Shown here piece by piece: positions 12,913 to 24,500 of a stretch of DNA of 64,000 nucleotides. The position numbers were made by a program, and so were the translations under genes. Location of the stretch: contig NC_090387.1 in the NCBI RefSeq assembly GCF_036365525.1, positions 70,953,535 to 71,017,534 on the forward strand, in the 5' to 3' direction. The stretch is from Heterodontus francisci. Lineage: Eukaryota. Under the pieces are notes generated by a model. It was given only the letters and a program-made list of their open reading frames with translations, ran no database searches and had not been told where the DNA came from. Within the stretch, counting starts at the first letter, position 1. Each line of letters begins with the position of its first letter.

Positions 12913-13665
12913 CGAAAGAAGGGGAGAGTGGGTGGGGTGGGGAGTGCATAGTGATAGAAAGTATGGGAGAGAGACACAATGGGGGACAGAGAGCGGAGAG
13001 AGAAAGAGTGGGAGAGAGTGTGGGAGAGGAAGACAGTGAGGGGTACAGAGAGAGAGAGTGAGGGTACAGAGAGAGTGGAGGAGAGAGAGTGGGAGAGAGG
13101 GGACAGAGAGAGAGAGACTGGGAAAAGGGCAGACAGAGAGAGAGTGGGGGAAGAGAGAGTGAGGGAAAGAGAGATAGGGGACAGAGAGAGAGAGGGGGGG
13201 GGATAGAGAGAGAGAGAGGTAGGAGGACAGAGAGAGAAAGAGAGGTGGAGAGACAGAGAGAGAAAAGAAGGAACAGAGAGGGCAGGTCTGACACGGTGGT
13301 GGTGGTGGGGAAACAACACAGAGAGGGAACGGACAACACAGGAGGGGGAGACAAAAGGGGGAAGGACAGCATGGGGGGGCACAGAGAGGGGGTGATCAGA
13401 GAGGGAGGCAGAGAGAGAGGGAGGAATAGAGAGGGTGGATCCGACATGGCAGGGGGATTAACATGGGAGAGAAGCAACACAGAGAGAGGATGGAGCAACA
13501 GGGGAGGGTGGGTCAACACAGGGGGCAGACAGCACGGAGAGGGAACAATATGGGGGGACAACATAGAGTGGGGAACAGCACAAAGGGGGAGGGACACAGA
13601 GAGGGGGGCACAGTGTGGGACAGGGAGGGAGAGACACACAGACAGACAGAGGAGGGAGAGAGAGC
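12913..13665. repeat. GA-rich polypurine low-complexity tract
   Basis: (GA)n and GGGG runs giving spurious Glu/Arg/Gly and Leu/Ser/Pro ORFs. Confidence 0.9.
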
Positions 13666-15006
13666 CATCAAGATCACTCCTGATGGATGGAAATATATCT
13701 GGAATACTCCCCATCACCTACACAAGAGTGCAGCCAGGCATTGACTACTTGTGGAAGCAAAGAAATGCCAGGTATGTCACTAAATCAGTGTCCAACATAG
13801 TAACAGGAAGGTAAGTCAATAAATTAGTCTTCTAATTTAAAGCTTCTTCACAATAATACACATTTGTTGTTTTGATTAATAGTAAGATAAATTTTAATGC
13901 CTTTATCTTTCCAAAATTATCTCACCGGTCCCCTATGTAAGACAAAAATGACAATGTGCCCCCCCCCCCCCCACCCCCACCCCCACCATGCAAAAAGGCT
14001 GGACACCCCTGTTCCAAGCCTTGAACCATGTGTTTTAACATAACTTAGCAGCTAAGTTATTTTAAAAGTCAAGTTTAAAGGCCTGTGTTGTGTAAACGCA
14101 TTTTAAAATGGCTAAAGTCACTTAGGGAATGTCTCGATTTCTCTGCTCTGGCACGCATTACTTTCACTTGGGACACAAGCTCAGTAAGATGTTGAAAGTT
14201 ACTGGACTTTACTTCGATATAAATATCATAATTCTGCTGCTATCCATTGGGAATCATATTGTTCCAGAATCTCCAGAAGTCAGCACTGTACGTTCCTTGT
14301 GAATACAAGACTATGGTGTATTGGGGCTGAGTCATATTGGCGAAAACATGATGCTGCTGATCCAAATACAATAGTTAGGAAATCACAGATAGTTTTAATA
14401 AGCTTTAATCTATGATGAACTGTCTATGATTCCTTAACAAAATCCATGCTGCAAAAATTTGCAGTTTTAAAAACTGTCAGAGAAGACATAGTAAAAAGTT
14501 ATTATGTTTCAATGACCATATTAGAAACAGTCATTAACTGCTTTTTTGCTGTGAATTGTATTACAGGACAAGTGTTGCAAGTATGTCAAAGATCAGTAAC
14601 TTCAATGTGCATCATTTACTATCCAGTTTGATGGCAGATAACCTGAGAGGCCAATGTCATTTGAAAGTTGTCTGTATCATATAATTACATTACATTATAA
14701 GTGCACCTTTGCTAATAGGTAAGAGATTTGGCTTGGACATAAATTGGTTAGTCTGGAGTACAATCTTACAGATGGTGACTAAACATTTTGCAATTGAATA
14801 ATACATGCAGTAACAACCGCCCAACCTTTTGCAGAAAAGCTTTTTGTTAGTAACTATCTTGTCAGAGCTGAGTCAGAATCAACAGTGATAGATTACGATA
14901 TAGACATAAATGAATTTAAGAGAATTGCTTCATTAGAGGAACTGAAGGGCGCTCTTTCTTTGTAATTGTGTTTATCTAATTTTGTCACTAGCTTTGGTGA
15001 GCAAAT

Positions 15007-15374
15007 TATAAGGCTGACTACCTTACACGACCCCAATGGGACCCGACGACATGTGTCGGATTTGGGTCGCACTTCCAGGCCCGGCATTCAGGCTCGGCTC
15101 AGGTTGGGCCGGGTCAGATATGCTCTATCACAACCTCAGGTAAGTGGCTCCAATGTTCATTTACTTTTTGGGCTTGAAAGGTGGTTTTGTTACAGTTAAT
15201 TTAAGCTTGTGCAGATAAGCAACAAAGTGAAAAATGGAAGGTAGGTTAACTGATGGTCGGGTCGGGTTGGGCGCGGGAAAAAATGAAAGGACTCGGGCTG
15301 GGTCGGGCTCGGAGCCAGATGTGGTTCTGTCAGGCTTGGGTTGGGTTTCATTTGCAGACCCAAGCCAGCCTTTA
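15007..15374. mobile_element. hAT-like non-autonomous element (MITE)
   Basis: Flanking direct repeat GAGCAAAT (14999-15006 and 15375-15382), imperfect TIRs (..AAGGCTG / CAGCCTT..) and repeated CGGGTCGGG subterminal motifs. Confidence 0.7.
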
Positions 15375-16289
15375 GAGCAAATTACATTTTGTCCATGAGA
15401 GATTTTGTTGTTTCTGTATTTTAGAATCCAGGATCTATTTAACAGCTTGTCAAGATGAATAAACTAGCCTTGGTTACCTACTGTTAATCTTTCAGTCCCT
15501 TCCTGTCCCACTCTGTTTTTCTATTTTACATGACTCTTCTGAAGTACTATCTCCTCCATCCCATAAAATTCTCCTGAGTTGGAATTCACTGCCCTTTTGT
15601 TGGCTGCCCTGTCTTCAGACACATACTACAGCAGGTGGCAAAGCTGCCCAAACATTGGCCATGGGTTAAATTGTCTTGTGACAACAGCATTGTAAGAAAT
15701 AGTCCGTCTTCCTATTGCTGATTTTTCTACTGCCTCACCTCAATAACCACAATAACGATCCTCTCCTTGAGTTTTATGATTTATTGGTTGAATTTGCACA
15801 ACTGACACAGTGTGAATCCACAGAGGTCATCCGATAAGGTCCATCTGCCATGCCGTGACATGGTGTAGATAGCTCTATTCTGTCAACAAAAAGAATTCAC
15901 ATTGGCATTGCATACTATTTTGATTGTTAACTAGCTAATACAGTTGTGCTGCTCTCCATTGATGTTTGTATGCTTAGCTACTTTATTTATCGGGAGAAAT
16001 GTGTTTTAAACAGGACTTTGTTTTGATGGCATTAGGTTGGCTAGACACTTTATATACAGAGTAATTGCTCCCATGTCCGTGGCTGTCAATAATTTTGTCA
16101 AAGATCCGTGGTGCAACATGTCAGTGCCTATCCTTGTACGTGATTCCTCTTGTACTGGTAATACACACCTCTGTTGAGGATGAACCTTATTCACCTCATC
16201 TGAAATAGCTTTGATGAGACCCAATTGAAATTGAAAGGCACACCATTGCATCCTATCTACAAGAATGAACTAACAAAAGGTTTTGGAGA

Positions 16290-17056
16290 AAAACAAGAAA
16301 TGCTGGAAATACTCAGCAGAACTGGCAGCATCTTTGGAGAGAGAAGCAGAGTTAATGTTTCGGGTCAGTGACCCTTCTTCAGAACTGACAAATATTAGAA
16401 ATGTCAAAGGTTATAAGCAAGCAAAGCGGGGGTGGGGCAAGAGATAACAAAGGAGAAGGTGTACATTGGACAAGGCCACAGATTAGCTGACCAGAAGGTC
16501 ATGGAGCAAAGGCAAACAATATGTTAATGGTGTGTTGAAAGACAAAGCATTAGTACAGATAGGGTGTTAACGGACTGCAGATTGAACAGCTGCAAGTACT
16601 AATATGAAAAAACAGTGGGTAAGCAAACTGAACAAACTAAGATGAAATAAAATAAACATGCAAAAAAAATGATAAAAATGTAAAAAAGAAAAATTATCAA
16701 AAAATAAAAGTAAAATGGGGGCCCCGTCATGCTCTGAAATTATTGAACTCAATGTTCACTCCAGCAGGCTGTAATGTGCCGAATTGGTAAATGAGATGCT
16801 GTTCCTCGAGCTTGCGTTGATGTTCACTAGAACACTGCAGCAAGCCCACGATAGAGATGTGAGCATGAGAGCAGGGTGTTGAAATGGCAAGCAACCGGAA
16901 GCTCAGGGTCCTGCTTGCGGACTGAGCGGAGGTGTTCTGCAAAGCGGTCACCCAGTCTGCCTTTGGTCTCCCCAATGTAGAGGAGACCACTTTGTGAGCA
17001 GTGAATACAGTATACTACATTGAAAGAAGTACAAGTAAATCGCTGCTTCACCTGAA
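16290..17056 (-). mobile_element. Penelope-like element 3' part: GIY-YIG endonuclease remnant and terminal repeat
   Basis: FTCTSFNVVYCIHCSQSGLLYIGETKGRLGDRFAEH..PVACHFN, with a hammerhead core at 16351-16385. Confidence 0.9.
16351..16385 (-). ncRNA. Minimal hammerhead ribozyme motif in the Penelope terminus
   Basis: Minus strand reads CTGAAGA-AGGGTCACTGACCC-GAAA, i.e. CUGANGA / stem II / GAAA. Also at 63370-63404 and 41170-41204. Confidence 0.7.
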
Positions 17057-18457
17057 AGCTTTTGGAGACAGACTGACTCACAGCCCAAATCAAAATGAAT
17101 AGGAATAGAGTAGCACCATTATAACAGAATGGTCTCCATTCAGACATCAATAGATAGCCATGGTTTCCATATCCTGATCCATTGTGTGCTCACACCAGGG
17201 GAGAGGGCCATGTTCACCTAACAGAAATGCAAATGTGATGGATTTTGACCTTAAAAGGTAACCCTCTGAAGCGAGAGCGATAGAGAGAGAGATCAAGCCA
17301 AGACCACAGAAAGCCAGTTTTCAGCCAGAGGCTGAGAGACACCTAACTAAACAGAAGAACCCTGCTGAACAAGAACTGAACAACCACTACAGCAGAGAAA
17401 TTATAAAGTGACTTTGAGACTCTCCATCTGTAAAGATAAACCAAATTAACACTGCCAACTTTGGTCTGAGTTTTAACCATTAGAACTCTACAACACCTCA
17501 GCAAGTTCAAGACTGCAAAATCCAGGCATGCATCGTTCAAAAAGACTTTTCTTCTGCCAAGATTCAACAGTATTTTTGTAAATAATGAACTCTTAGATTG
17601 CCTTGGACTTTAATTGCATTCTCCCCATTCTCTTGCATCTGTGTGTAAATGTGTGAGTGAGTGAAGGTTTCCTTTTCGGGACCATTTCGGGATTGGAGCG
17701 CAGGGGTTTCATGTCTTATTCCATGTTCTGGTTTAATGGCCAGTTCCCCAAATAAGGACGACAGTTCTTCACTGTTCGGGATTTGGGAATTGTCACATTT
17801 CGGGATCGGAGCCCAGGAGTTTGGTGGGTAGCAGGACGGAGGGATGGCTTCAGTTTCTGGAGCTGGTTGGGATTTTGCTGGAGCTAGTCATGGAGCTGGC
17901 TGGAGGGGGACAGGTTACAGACACAGGGAGTCTCTGGGACCTGTCCCTTTTGCCTGTTACATTCAGGAGGAAAGCTCCGGGGAAACTCCCTGGCGTTACT
18001 CAGCCGCGGTGTTCAATCAGAGGGAGACCTGGGGACATCTCCCTGCTGGGGAGGTGACCGGCTCCCAGGACCGGGACATTAGAACACGGGGTGGGATCCG
18101 GCACAGTCAAGCGTCATGGAAAGTAGCCGTTTCCCTCTGATTAGCAGGTATTAACAAGTGGGCTGTGTTAGACACGGCGGGTGGGCAGGTTTGGGGTTGT
18201 GGGGGGTGTGGGGGGGGGCGGGGAGGTGGGGGAGGGGTAGCTGGTGACTGAACCTCTGATAATATTTCCGCTTTTATCTTTCAGGGAGATGTAGCAGTTT
18301 GTCAGCTCACTCTGTGTATGTGTAGCCGATGCTCCATCTGCAGTGCAGGCAGCCAGTGAGAGAAGCCAGTGTACAAACCGCAAGTTGAAGTGAGCTTTAC
18401 TCCGGGGCTCTCTCGTCCCTAGTAGCAGCTGCAGCAGTCTAACTGCCACCTCTCAAC

Positions 18458-18503
18458 ATGTCCAGCTGTATTCCCCTGCTCATCCTGGTAATCGTCTCTA
18501 CTG
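18458..18503 (+). CDS. Exon 1, signal peptide (MSSCIPLLILVIVST)
   Basis: ATG in context caacATG, hydrophobic core, strong donor G|GTGAGT in phase 1. Joins the V exon to give ...VIVSTVTGA-ST, a plausible cleavage site. Confidence 0.85.
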
Positions 18504-21500
18504 GTGAGTCAAGCCGTTTCACCAGAATAGAACCCTTATTCTTTACATAAAGAGCTTTTACGGAAGAATTTTACCCTCATTTGCTTCGCCTCTACTTCTG
18601 TATATTTCCTCTTCTCTGTTTGAAAGATTCCTCCGTTCTCCTGGAGATTTCATTCTCTCTTCATGCTGTCCTGATCATTTAGATGGTCGGAAGGGCGCGA
18701 TGTAAATTTTCGACAATATCAATAATATAAAGACCTGAAATGTTAACTCTGCTTCTCTCTCCACAGATGCTGCCAGACCTGCTGAGTATTTCCAGCATTT
18801 CTTGTTTTTGTTTCAGATTTCCAGCATCTGCAGTATTTTACCTTTTTATATATATATATAAATCTTTAACCTTTGCAGTTCTGATAAAAGATCAATAGCC
18901 TGAAATGTTACTGTTGTTACTGTCAATGCTCTCATTCTCCCTGAGTATTTACAGTTTTTCTGTTGTTTTCGATATAAATGGAATTCTTTCTTTTCTCCAC
19001 AGTTACCGGGGCTTCCACGTTTAAGGTGGGTCAGTACCCGCCTGAACTGAACGAGAGGACGGGTGCCAATGCGACCTTCTACTGCTCCTTCGCGTTTCCG
19101 AAGGATATATCCACTGTCCGAGTGCACTGGTGGAAGGACGCTGAGAAAACCTTCCTCAATGCGAAAAAGGACAGCAGGTATCAGTTTGAAATTCGGAATA
19201 AAGCTAGCGCTGTCTTTCGCCTCCTGAATGTGGATGTCTCGGACTCCGGCACGTATTACTGTAGAGTGGAGATAGCGGGGAAAGCGGGGAAAGGCGCCGG
19301 CACAAGGCTCCAGGTAACCGGTAAGAAATCACATTGAATTTAAAACCCCCCGCTGGAAAGATCCCATGCAGTGGGAGAGATCTGGAAATGTCGCCGCAGC
19401 TCTTCCCGCCATTGGATGCTTGTTATCCTTCTCAATTCTTAGCCATATTACAAGTTAGTGAGAAGGTGATAGATTTAAAGATTTACACTGAAATCACAGA
19501 GCCAGTGCTGACACCAGGCATAGTGGCTCTCATAGGAGGGAATTCAGACTGATAGAGCCGGGATCCGGAGCGGAGATCCACTGGTTTCTGTTATTGAGAC
19601 CAGGATCATTTCACTCCCGGAGTATCGCTGTAAGGAGAAAGAGGGGGAGGGAGTTACAAACGGTGTTACTGCGTTAAATAGACATCTCCTGGGCTAGAAA
19701 ACTCTACAAAAATCGATTACCCGTTGGAGATGGGCTGGTGTCTCTCTACAGTAAAAGAAACCCTGGATTTTATGAAATGTTTGTATAGGGTCCGAGCTCC
19801 GGTTGCCGCTCCTCGGGTCAGTGTGTATTCAATCCCCAGGCCGGTACCTGCAGCTCCCACTGAGCGTTTTAGCCACAGCGGAGAGGACACTTTCTCTGTT
19901 TTAGGGTGAAAGCTGGCCCGGCTGAACTATCCCGTGCAATGTCCACAGTTTTTTCCCCTTCAATTCTTACCCGCTTTCGCTATTAATTCACCTATTTTCA
20001 AATATTGCCAGTCAGTTTGTAATTATTTGTACCCGAGCATCAACGGATTCTCCCGCCCCTTCCCACACACTCCCCATTCCCTGATTTATATTTAATATTT
20101 AGACACCCAGTGTGTTTGCTCTCCTCCCCAGCTGATCACCAAACATTCAGGCAAAATGCACAAACTAAATCAAAATCAATTTTCAAAATCTCGAACGAAA
20201 AACTCAATCAACAAAAGTGAATAAATCTGCGAGCGTCTGTTAGGATTTTTTAAAAATAACTGCAGTTTGAAAATGATATTATGGTATATATTAAAATTCC
20301 TCTATCGATTATTTAACGGATGAATTAACTCATGTGTTTTATGTTATAATATCCCAATAATTAATAGTTTTAATAAGTGCACCCGTTTGTAATATTCCAC
20401 CAACACTTGGCGCCGTTTATATTCAATTCCTCTCGGTCATGTTACCGGAGTTAGCAACTTGTTTTCTGATACAGCGAATGAAGTTTGAGCCCCGCTTTTC
20501 CCTCCATTAATCTGTCAAGAGCGTTGCTCCTAATTTTGATAAAAGCAAAATACTGCGGATGCTGGAAATCTGAAATAAAAACAAGAAATGCTGGAAATAC
20601 TCAGCAGGTCTGGCAGCGTCTGTGGAAAGAGAAGCAGAGTTAACGTTTCTTCGGAACTGCCGAAGAAGGGTCACTGACCTGAAACGTTAACTCTGCTTCT
20701 CTTTCCACAGACGCTGCCAGACCTGCTGGGTGGTTCCAGCATTTCTTGCTCCTAATTTTGAACTGGATTTAATGTCAATGCAATCGGAAACATTCCCAGA
20801 ATATTAAATGAAATTAATTGTCTCAGCAAGTACAGGAAGAAATAATTCGCGTCTCATTGGATGGAAAGATCCAACTCTTTTCTGCAAGCAGTTAGTCTCA
20901 TTCGCAGTTCCAGGTGTTGAAATCTGGTGTTGAGCATTAGTTAGTATTCGCGCCGCCTCTGCGAGGGAAGACAATTAATCTTCAAATACTTTTAACATGA
21001 TCACTGGCATAAGGGAATGAGGATCTGAATCCATCTTTCATGTGGCAATGTGTGTCTGTATATTTGGACATTTGAGCTGCATTTTTCATCCCCCGGATTA
21101 CTACCTATGCACAGCTCACACAAGGAGTTGCGCGTTTACTGCCTCCGTTTCTCTCGGAATTTCTTGCCTCACTTTGGAAATACATCCGACCAACCCTGCT
21201 TTGTTTAGTAGAGAATAAAAGGTATTTTCGCTATCTGGCTATTAAACTACGAAAAAAGCAGGGTATATTACTGGCTGGACTGTGCTTTACCCTTTCCCCA
21301 AAGAGCAGAAAATCGTCAGTTTTATAATACTTTGAAATTATTCATGACGTTTTTGAGTTTTGATGTAAGATTTAATCAGCAACTAGAGTCTGGGCGTGCT
21401 CCTTACTGCTACTGAGGGCTTGAAATCTAACAGTGTAGCTTGAATAAGCAATGGGGTTTATTACTAAAAACAGAGAGCAGACTGGTGAATGATTTAAACT

Positions 21501-24500
21501 GTTACATTACTGGCACGAACCCACTTGTAAAATGTATTCAACCTGTTAATTGTATCCCATATCCCACACGCGTTAGACCAGTCCAGACTTTGAAATCATT
21601 GTGGGATTATTGAGAATTTCTCAAATTCCTTCTGCTATTTTAGTAACAGAACTTGCATTTCTGTAGCGCTCGCTGCATGTAAAGAAAAGTTTCAAGACTC
21701 TTTGCGGAGCACCGGTCAAAGAGAGGGAATGAGAAAACCAAAGATAGAGGAGGCATTTGAAGGCGAGGATGAATTGATAAAATGTTGTAGGTGCCGGAGA
21801 GAGAGGTCCGGGGGGATGAAAGGGTGATCACTGATGAGGCATCGACCAACAGGGAGCAGGTTACAGGGAGCAGGTTAGAGTTTGACCAGTTGTGTCTGTG
21901 TGTGAGGAGGGTGCATCAGCGAAATGGGATGGGGGAGGCAACTAAGGAATTTGAAGGCAAGGATGAGGATCTTAAACTCAATGAGTTTAGTAAGGGGAGT
22001 CAGGAGAGCTGGACAGGGGTTGAGTGCTGGATACGAGGGTGGGGAAGCAGGTTGACATGTTGTGGACAGTGCATTGGGGAAACTGTGCCTCGAGGCGGTG
22101 ATGTTAACCAGGCTTTGGCAAGAGAGGGGGAGAAACTGGGACAAGAAGCGTGGAGAGTTTGAGCTGTAATAATGGTCATTCGGATGTTGGGTACAAGACT
22201 GAGTCTGGATTTGAGCAGTACACCAAGAATCCACATTTCGAGACTTGATCCGAGGCCGCTGGACAGTTTGATGATATGTAGGGGTTTATAAAAAGTGAAG
22301 ATAGCTTCTTCAGTTTTAGTGGCATTTAGTTGGAGGTAACTTTGACAGATCCATATCTAAAGATCAGAAAGCCATCTGCAGAAACGGTGACACCTTTGAT
22401 GACAAGAGAAGCGATAGAGAGATAGAGCAGAGCATCATCGGTGTCCATGTTGATGTAACAAAAGGATTCCATATGAATGAAGGTAAAGATACCAAGCATG
22501 TAGCATAGGGATATACAGCAGTGACTGCGCCGACATGCGAATAGACGCGACTGGTGACAATATAATCTGAATGAAGTAACAAGTAGGATTGGAATCCTGT
22601 GAGAACAATGTTATAGATATAGACACTGTTAGGGAGTGGTGCAGTTAATAGTGTTGAAGACAATGGGGAGGTTGCGGGACAGCAACTCCGACCAGTATGG
22701 TTTATGTTGTCGAAGCCTGGATGCAGGGTCTCTGGCTGGGAATGATGGAAGAGATGGCAGTGGAAATGGCAATGATGCGTCTCAGAGAGAAAAGACAAGT
22801 TGGTGATGGGGGAAGTTAGAGAAAATGACAGGGTCAAGAAAGGCACAAATAAATCTAGTTGCTTCTAAGCAATGGAAAACCTGCCAAAATAGTAAAGGAA
22901 GGTAGTTCAGAAGAAGATGCCAAGAATTCATTCACTGGAATCCCACAGTCGGTTTGGAGATTGGTTAACTGTTTAAGCGCCGTTTCGGGGAATGGAGGGA
23001 CGGGGGTCCTCGTTACCGGTGCCACATCTGTCCCTCGGGATCCTTCTCTGCCTCAACAACCGATCACATCAGAGTAAAATAGGAAATTAATTACAACAAT
23101 TTGAGTTAGCATTCATTTATTACACACACCGCATTGGAGCTGATTTTAAAGCAAACCATACAATGTGTGCCCACAAACAGGAAGAACCTAATACCAGTGT
23201 TCAATAACACCCAACAGGGACTTGCATATGAAATAAATACACAGTGTAAATACATATAAAAACATGAAGCCCACTAAACCCATTCTTTCCACAGGTTAGT
23301 ACCCCAGTGAGCGCTTCTCTGTCCTAAACCTCGTCACTGTTTCAGCATGAACTCCCTTCTCATGTATAGAAACCTGTCACTGATCCTGCTCAGAAGGGGA
23401 TAAAGGGGAGTTTATATAGAAACAGCAAAATTAATATACTGGGTATGAACTCCCATATTATTCAGAGTTAAATATCATTCTCGTCCCTTCACGTTCAGCA
23501 GTTCTGATGGATCGGGAGGTAAATTGACTGAGTCCAACAGTTCAACAATAACACAAAGCGTTTGTTCAAGAACAGGAAAGGATGGGGTGGGTGAGGACAG
23601 GATGAGGTGTTGCTCCCCATCTCCACTGGAACCGGGTGTCCAGCCAGCCATCCCATAGGAACAGGAGGAGGACATTTAGCCCATGGACTCTGTTCCGCCA
23701 TTCAATGAGATCATGGCTGAACTGCCACCTAACACCATATACCCACCTTTGCCCCATATCCTTTAATACCTCTGGCTAACAGAAGTCTATCAATCTCAGA
23801 TTTAAAATTTACAGTTGATCTCACATCTATTGCTATTTGCGGAAGAGAGTTCCAAATTTCTACCACCCTTTGTGTGTAGAAGTGTTTCCTAATTTCACTC
23901 CTGAAAGTTCTTGCTCTAAATTTTAGACTATGCCCCCTAGATCTAGAATTCCCAACCAGCGGGAATAGTTTCTCTCGAGCTCCCCTATCTGTTCCCATTA
24001 ATATCTTGAAAACTTTGATCATCCGGGAACAGGCTATTTTCGATCTAGTAATGTGTAATGAGGTAGGATTAATAAGAGATATCGTAGTTAAGGATCCTCT
24101 TGGGGGTAGCAATCACAACATGCTAGAATTTCAAATTCAGTTTGAGGGTGAGCAACTCGGGTCTTAAACCAGTGTCCTCAACTTAAACAAGGGCAATTAC
24201 AGAGGTATGAAGAAAGAGTTGTCCTAAGCGGTCTGGGAAAATATACTAAGGAGAAGGTCAGTGAATGAGCAGTGGAAGACATTTAAGCAGATATTTCATA
24301 ACGCTCAGCAAAAATTTATCCAGGTCAAAAAGAAGGACTCAATGAGAAGGATGAACCACCCATGAGTAACAAAGGCAGTCGAGGAGAGTATCCAATCAAA
24401 AGCTAAAGTATACAAAGTGGCGTAAACTGGTGGTAGGCCAGAGGATTGGGAATTTTTTAGGAACCAGCAGCGGATGACTAAAAAGCTAAGAAAGAGGGAG

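Larger units (their letters stand above)
3228..17020 (+). repeat. Segmental duplication, copy 1
   Basis: Collinear and nearly identical to 48955-64000. Matching ORF pairs: 4130/49743, 5377/50990, 11603/59310, 14446/62391, 16727/63716. Confidence 0.97.

Noticed and set aside
12894-13814. Glu/Arg/Gly and Leu/Ser/Pro ORFs (also 60527-61687)
   Set aside because: Translations of GA-rich low-complexity sequence.
17150-17760. Possible LTR remnant upstream of the receptor promoter
   Set aside because: Composition is LTR-like, but I could not define termini or a target duplication.
18978-19002. ATG at 18978 as the start codon of the V ORF
   Set aside because: These bases form the polypyrimidine tract and acceptor. 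A proper leader exon exists at 18458-18503.
19321-19375. Heptamer-like CACATTG just after the V exon, suggesting an RSS
   Set aside because: There is no nonamer at 12 or 23 bp, it lies inside the intron, and the J-like strand is already fused to V.
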